DNA of 64,000 nucleotides from an uncultured Gammaproteobacteria bacterium (GTDB lineage Bacteria; Pseudomonadota; Gammaproteobacteria; CAZYYU01): NCBI GenBank assembly GCA_964651735.1, contig CAZYYU010000003.1, positions 48,014 to 112,013 of the forward strand, read 5' to 3'. Shown piece by piece: positions 60,029 to 64,000 of this stretch (position 1 is its first letter; each line of letters starts with the position of its first letter). The notes under the pieces were generated by a model. It saw only the letters and a program-made list of their open reading frames with translations, ran no database searches and was not told where the DNA came from. The position numbers and the translations under genes were made by a program.

Positions 60029-61888
60029 TTATAGAAACAGTGAATCGTCACCAGCATTTTCCTTTCCACCCTCATTAATTAATTTAGAGAATTCTTCCCC
60101 ATCCCCATCCCCATGCTCAGTCACTGGCGGTAAGTCAGGTGCACTCTCAGGTTTCAATACAGTAGGTTTTGGAAGCTCACTTTTAGTCTCAACAACAGCA
60201 GTGGGTGGAACAACTTCTTTTAACTGAGTAGGCTCAGGTCTTCCTTTAGGTCTGGAGGCGGCTGAAGCTGCTCCCTGTCTCTTTTTCGAAATAGCCGGCG
60301 GACGCTGCTGCGTCTTCAAATCTCTAGGTGCCAAACTATCTCTTACACCATGTGAACTCAACGATTTATTAGGATCTACTTTGTCAGTAGATACATTTAA
60401 ATTCGCCGATTTATTTAAAGCTCTCTGCGCTCTATCTTCCCAAATCTTGTCGTATATATCTTTTAATACATCATCATACTCTGGTTTATAACCTTCAATA
60501 GTAGACAATTCCGCTTTTTGTGTAGCCGTTTTCATAAATGTAGTTACTTTAACAATAAATTCATAGAGTTGCTTAAAGTAAGCTGTACTATAATCTCGTA
60601 ATCCATCCCACTCAGGTTTGCCCTCTATTGCAAAAAAAGTTTTATCAAAATGGATTTGATAAATACTGATAACAACCTTATAAAGAGTTGTTAAATATTC
60701 ACCGGGAGTAGACGCTTTTTCAGGCTCAAGCATTCGGGGTCTATGATCATCTTTAGCCACCAATTTGGTTGCTTTATTGCATTCATCTATCGTTGTGCTT
60801 AAGAGATGGATCTCATGAGGAGAAAAATTATCAATCTCTGGGATAAGAGTTTTCCATCTGCTTAAAATAGTATCTAATATCCCAGACACCAGAGCATCCG
60901 AAGGGTGTTTTGCTTTGACATCGGCAAAGAGCTCATGGATAGGTGTGTTGATTTCTGGATTCACTAATTTTTCAAATAACCCTGTGATAACCGCTTTTTG
61001 CTCCTCACTCAACTTATCATTTTCAGCGTTTTCATTTAATAACAATTGGAAACCGAAGGTTAAATGACTAATAACACTATCTAAAAACAATGCCGTATTT
61101 TGAAGATGTCGCACATCTTTTAAAAGAAGGGATTGTAAATCCGCTAAAAACTTAAACACACGAATATGATTGTTTTCATCTTTAGCTAAATCATTGAGCG
61201 CTAATTGCAAATGATATACAACATTCAGCTTAAATTTACTCACAATTGCTTTAAGCTTCATTAGCTCATGTCCAAAGGTCCCTTTATCAATATTGAGTTG
61301 TGACTCATTCATCGATTGGTTTCCGTATTTTATTACGGTCGCCTCTAATTTGTTTTTTTCTCGAACAAAACTTTCACGGGATCTTTCTGAAACCGCAAGC
61401 GCACCTTCTAGACGTTTTATTTCTCCCATCAATTTTTTATTCGTACGATCTAGGTGTTCCAATGCATAAAGTACGATGTGAGCATCGTTTCTTTTAATAA
61501 AATCCTCAATAAAGAGTGTTAATTTATTTTTTGTAACTATTCCATCATCTTTTCGTGACTCTTCCACAAGCGATTTAAGATTAAACATCACTAGATAAAA
61601 TTGATTTTGAGACTTATCAGTGCCCTTTTCATAGGCGGCTAATTGTTTATGAAGTTTATCAATAGCAGCTCTGGTATTCGGATAGGCCGCAGCATCGAAC
61701 TCGAAACCCTTTCCAAAATCTGAGCCTTTTAATCTCATTGTCTTGGGATGATAGTCAAAATTATTATGAATTGCTAAGCAAAGATTTTTGACAGTCGTTT
61801 CATAATCCAGAGTAATGCTACTCCCTTTATATATAGGATCTGTCAATAAGGGTTGAGTTTGAGTTGTTTCAGCAGGTTTGTTTGACAT
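60029..61888 (-). CDS. hypothetical protein (619 aa), helical N-terminal region, Pro/Glu-rich C-terminal tail; effector-like
   Basis: strong RBS AAGGAGG; no recognised domain; C-terminal ...EHGDGDGEEFSKLINEGGKENAGDDSLFL. Confidence 0.6.
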   Translation of the reverse strand: MSNKPAETTQTQPLLTDPIYKGSSITLDYETTVKNLCLAIHNNFDYHPKTMRLKGSDFGKGFEFDAAAYPNTRAAIDKLHKQLAAYEKGTDKSQNQFYLVMFNLKSLVEESRKDDGIVTKNKLTLFIEDFIKRNDAHIVLYALEHLDRTNKKLMGEIKRLEGALAVSERSRESFVREKNKLEATVIKYGNQSMNESQLNIDKGTFGHELMKLKAIVSKFKLNVVYHLQLALNDLAKDENNHIRVFKFLADLQSLLLKDVRHLQNTALFLDSVISHLTFGFQLLLNENAENDKLSEEQKAVITGLFEKLVNPEINTPIHELFADVKAKHPSDALVSGILDTILSRWKTLIPEIDNFSPHEIHLLSTTIDECNKATKLVAKDDHRPRMLEPEKASTPGEYLTTLYKVVISIYQIHFDKTFFAIEGKPEWDGLRDYSTAYFKQLYEFIVKVTTFMKTATQKAELSTIEGYKPEYDDVLKDIYDKIWEDRAQRALNKSANLNVSTDKVDPNKSLSSHGVRDSLAPRDLKTQQRPPAISKKRQGAASAASRPKGRPEPTQLKEVVPPTAVVETKSELPKPTVLKPESAPDLPPVTEHGDGDGEEFSKLINEGGKENAGDDSLFL

Positions 61889-62062
61889 TTTGTTTCCTCC
61901 TTGTATTAAATAATTAATGTCCCTTTAAGAGGCAAGCATCATACCTAATTTAAACCCGAATATCTACCATAGAATAAACCCAAACAATGATCTCATTTTT
62001 GCCCAACCATATCAACACCCCCTCAAACAATGCAAGACGATATAAGCTTGTGATAGAATCTC

Positions 62063-63229
62063 ATGATGAATTATTTAGTGCCAACCCTTTCAATTGCCTC
62101 AATTTATGCCTTCAGAATGCTCGGCTTATTTATGATACTCCCCGTTTTCGCTATTTTGGGGCATCAATACCAAGATGCCACTCCATCGCTCATCGGCGCA
62201 GCCTTAGGTGCTTATGGGCTCACTCAAGCGTTATTACAGATGCCCTTTGGCATCCTATCAGACCGTTTTGGTCGAAAATCCATCATCATCGTTGGACTCA
62301 TCATTTTTGCTCTAGGCAGCCTCATCGCCGCCAGTGCAACAAGTATCTATACTGTGATCATCGGGCGTGCCATTCAAGGCGCTGGGGCCATCGGAAGCAC
62401 ACTTTTAGCCCTAGTTACAGACCTCACCCCTGAAGACAAACGAGCTCAAGCCATGGCAATCATTGGAGCATCCATTGGTGGCTCAGTGGCTATTGCACTG
62501 GTTAGTGGCCCAATCATCAGCTCATGGGCAGGACTCTCCGGCATCTTTTGGGTCACTGCCGGACTAGCGAGCTTAGGCATCTTCGCTGTGCTAACTATCC
62601 TTCCGACCCCAACAAAAGTCCCACAAAAGCTTGAGTCTTTCACTAAACACTTTAAAAGCATTTTATCCAACCCAAAGCTGATTCCTCTGAACTATGCCAT
62701 CTTCGCCCAACACGCGATATTAACAGCCAGCTTCGTGGTCCTCCCTAAAATATTTTCCACGATCAGCCTGCACGACCAATGGAAACTTTATTTTGCCATG
62801 GTACTCGTCGCCTTTATGGGCATCTGGAAATTCAAGCTTTATAATTATAAGCATTCCATCTTATCCATTTTCATCACTCAAGCTGCTTTTATGCTTCTGC
62901 CGCATTCCCTTTTCATTATGATTCCTCTGCTCTTCATTTTCTTCTTCGGGTTCACCCTCTTAGAAATTATCTTACCCTCAGAAATTTCAAAAACAGCCCC
63001 TGCCAATGGCCGAGGCACAGCAATGGGCATCTACTCCTCATGCCAATTCTTAGGTATCTTTTTCGGAGGAGCAGTGGGTGGAATAGTACAACAACACTTC
63101 GGTATTTCTAGTGTTTTTGTGATGACAGCCCTACTCGCTGGCAGTTGGTTAGTAATTTCATATTTACCGATTTACGGTATTGCTAATCTCCAACAAGACA
63201 ATACAATAGGCCATAATCCAGATGCATAA
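62063..63229 (+). CDS. MFS transporter
   Basis: 12 TM; motif A-like SDRFGRKSIIIVG. Confidence 0.85.
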   Translation: MMNYLVPTLSIASIYAFRMLGLFMILPVFAILGHQYQDATPSLIGAALGAYGLTQALLQMPFGILSDRFGRKSIIIVGLIIFALGSLIAASATSIYTVIIGRAIQGAGAIGSTLLALVTDLTPEDKRAQAMAIIGASIGGSVAIALVSGPIISSWAGLSGIFWVTAGLASLGIFAVLTILPTPTKVPQKLESFTKHFKSILSNPKLIPLNYAIFAQHAILTASFVVLPKIFSTISLHDQWKLYFAMVLVAFMGIWKFKLYNYKHSILSIFITQAAFMLLPHSLFIMIPLLFIFFFGFTLLEIILPSEISKTAPANGRGTAMGIYSSCQFLGIFFGGAVGGIVQQHFGISSVFVMTALLAGSWLVISYLPIYGIANLQQDNTIGHNPDA

Positions 63230-63283
63230 ATATTGGATTAAAAATTTATTTGGTATATTTAGACGGATGTAGGAGATATAAAA

Positions 63284-63772
63284 ATGGCTAGAGGCGTTAA
63301 TAAAGTAATATTAATTGGCAATCTTGGAAATGACCCCGAATTACGTTACACCCCCAGCGGCAGTGCCGTAGCAAATGTGAGTTTAGCAACCAGCGAAACC
63401 TGGCGAGACAAAACATCCGGTGAATTACAAGACCGCACAGAATGGCACCGTATCGTATTCTTCAATCGACTCGCAGAAATTGTAGGGGAATATTTACGAA
63501 AAGGCTCCAAAGTCTACGTAGAAGGCATTTTACGAACTCGTAAGTGGCAAGATAAAACCGGCGCCGATCGTTACACCACCGAAATTATCGCCAATGAAAT
63601 GCATATTTTAGACAGCAGAAACTCAGGTCAAGGAAATGCTGACCACCATGAACGAAATATCCCGGCAGATGCACATCACGCAAATGATTATCACGCTCCA
63701 AGCAATGGCTCAGCCCAAGAACCCATCATGGCCACTGCCGATGCAGATTTTGACGACGACATCCCTTTCTAA
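63284..63772 (+). CDS. ssb: single-stranded DNA-binding protein
   Basis: [36 protein letters not shown]... OB-fold; C-terminal acidic tail DFDDDIPF. Confidence 0.95.
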   Translation: MARGVNKVILIGNLGNDPELRYTPSGSAVANVSLATSETWRDKTSGELQDRTEWHRIVFFNRLAEIVGEYLRKGSKVYVEGILRTRKWQDKTGADRYTTEIIANEMHILDSRNSGQGNADHHERNIPADAHHANDYHAPSNGSAQEPIMATADADFDDDIPF

Positions 63773-63781
63773 CTGATTTTG

Positions 63782-63801
63782 CTCCCCCCTTAGGGGGGGA
63801 G
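63782..63801. terminator. GC hairpin between ssb and convergent downstream gene
   Basis: CTCCCCCC-ttag-GGGGGGAG. Confidence 0.4.
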
Positions 63802-63826
63802 TTAGTAGACTTTTCATTATGATCAC

Positions 63827-64000
63827 TTAATTTCCTGAGACTTACCACTTTCAACCTTCACAACCTCCTTCGCACTCGCCTTCTCCTGACCAACTTCTTT
63901 AGCACCCTTCGCAACCCAATCCTGAACATTAGGTGCAATATTTTCCTGACCAGAAGATTTCGATTGCTCACGTTCTACTTTCAGCGCCTTTAAATCTGAA
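63827..64000 (-). CDS. hypothetical protein, 3' end only (window edge)
   Basis: open frame on minus strand ending ...VKVESGKSQEIK-stop at 63824-63826. Confidence 0.3.

Noticed and set aside
1-64000. CRISPR arrays, IS elements, integrases, transposases, phage genes
   Set aside because: No short regularly spaced repeats, no DDE/tyrosine-recombinase-like ORFs and no phage structural genes were recognisable. The accessory character comes from gene content, not identifiable mobile machinery.

Overview
This window is a low-GC (roughly 38-40% by eye) chromosomal segment from an intracellular gammaproteobacterium of the Legionellales type (Coxiella/Rickettsiella/Legionella-like). The organism call rests on a Legionella-type Mip FKBP PPIase, a Legionella/Coxiella MOMP-family porin, three eukaryotic-like ankyrin-repeat proteins, a class II Fic protein, and many orphan proteins whose C-termini are Glu/Ser-rich in the manner of Dot/Icm (T4BSS) translocation signals. 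Housekeeping genes anchor the window: uvrA, ssb, hemE, a DEAD-box helicase, an RRM RNA-binding protein, a copper P1B-ATPase with a multicopper oxidase, and MFS/MATE/DMT/ABC transporters. A tmRNA gene (ssrA, minus strand, 25955..26369) sits in the middle of an accessory stretch (about 18.3-42.7 kb). On the 3' side of the tmRNA is a small-molecule enzyme module that reads, from the tmRNA outward (right to left in coordinates): a cNMP-binding fusion protein, TetR, a hydantoin-racemase-like enzyme, a GNAT overlapping an APH-like kinase, and an arylmalonate-decarboxylase/maleate-isomerase-like enzyme paired with a 727-aa ANL adenylate-forming enzyme. A 19-bp direct repeat flanks the racemase/TetR part of this module. 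On the 5' side is an effector-like block that reads: an 830-aa Ank protein, an AmpC-like serine hydrolase, two orphan proteins, the MOMP porin, a 1397-aa Ig/cadherin-repeat protein with a C-terminal HExxHxxG metalloprotease motif and no Sec signal, Mip, and a 970-aa Ank protein. The normally adjacent divergent uvrA-ssb pair is split by two disordered, repeat-containing, acidic-tailed orphan proteins and an MFS gene. Other points: a truncated beta-CASP metallo-beta-lactamase pseudogene sits next to a Chlamydia-Pmp-like GGAI/FxxN repeat protein that lacks a translocator domain. No CRISPR, IS element, integrase or transposase was seen.
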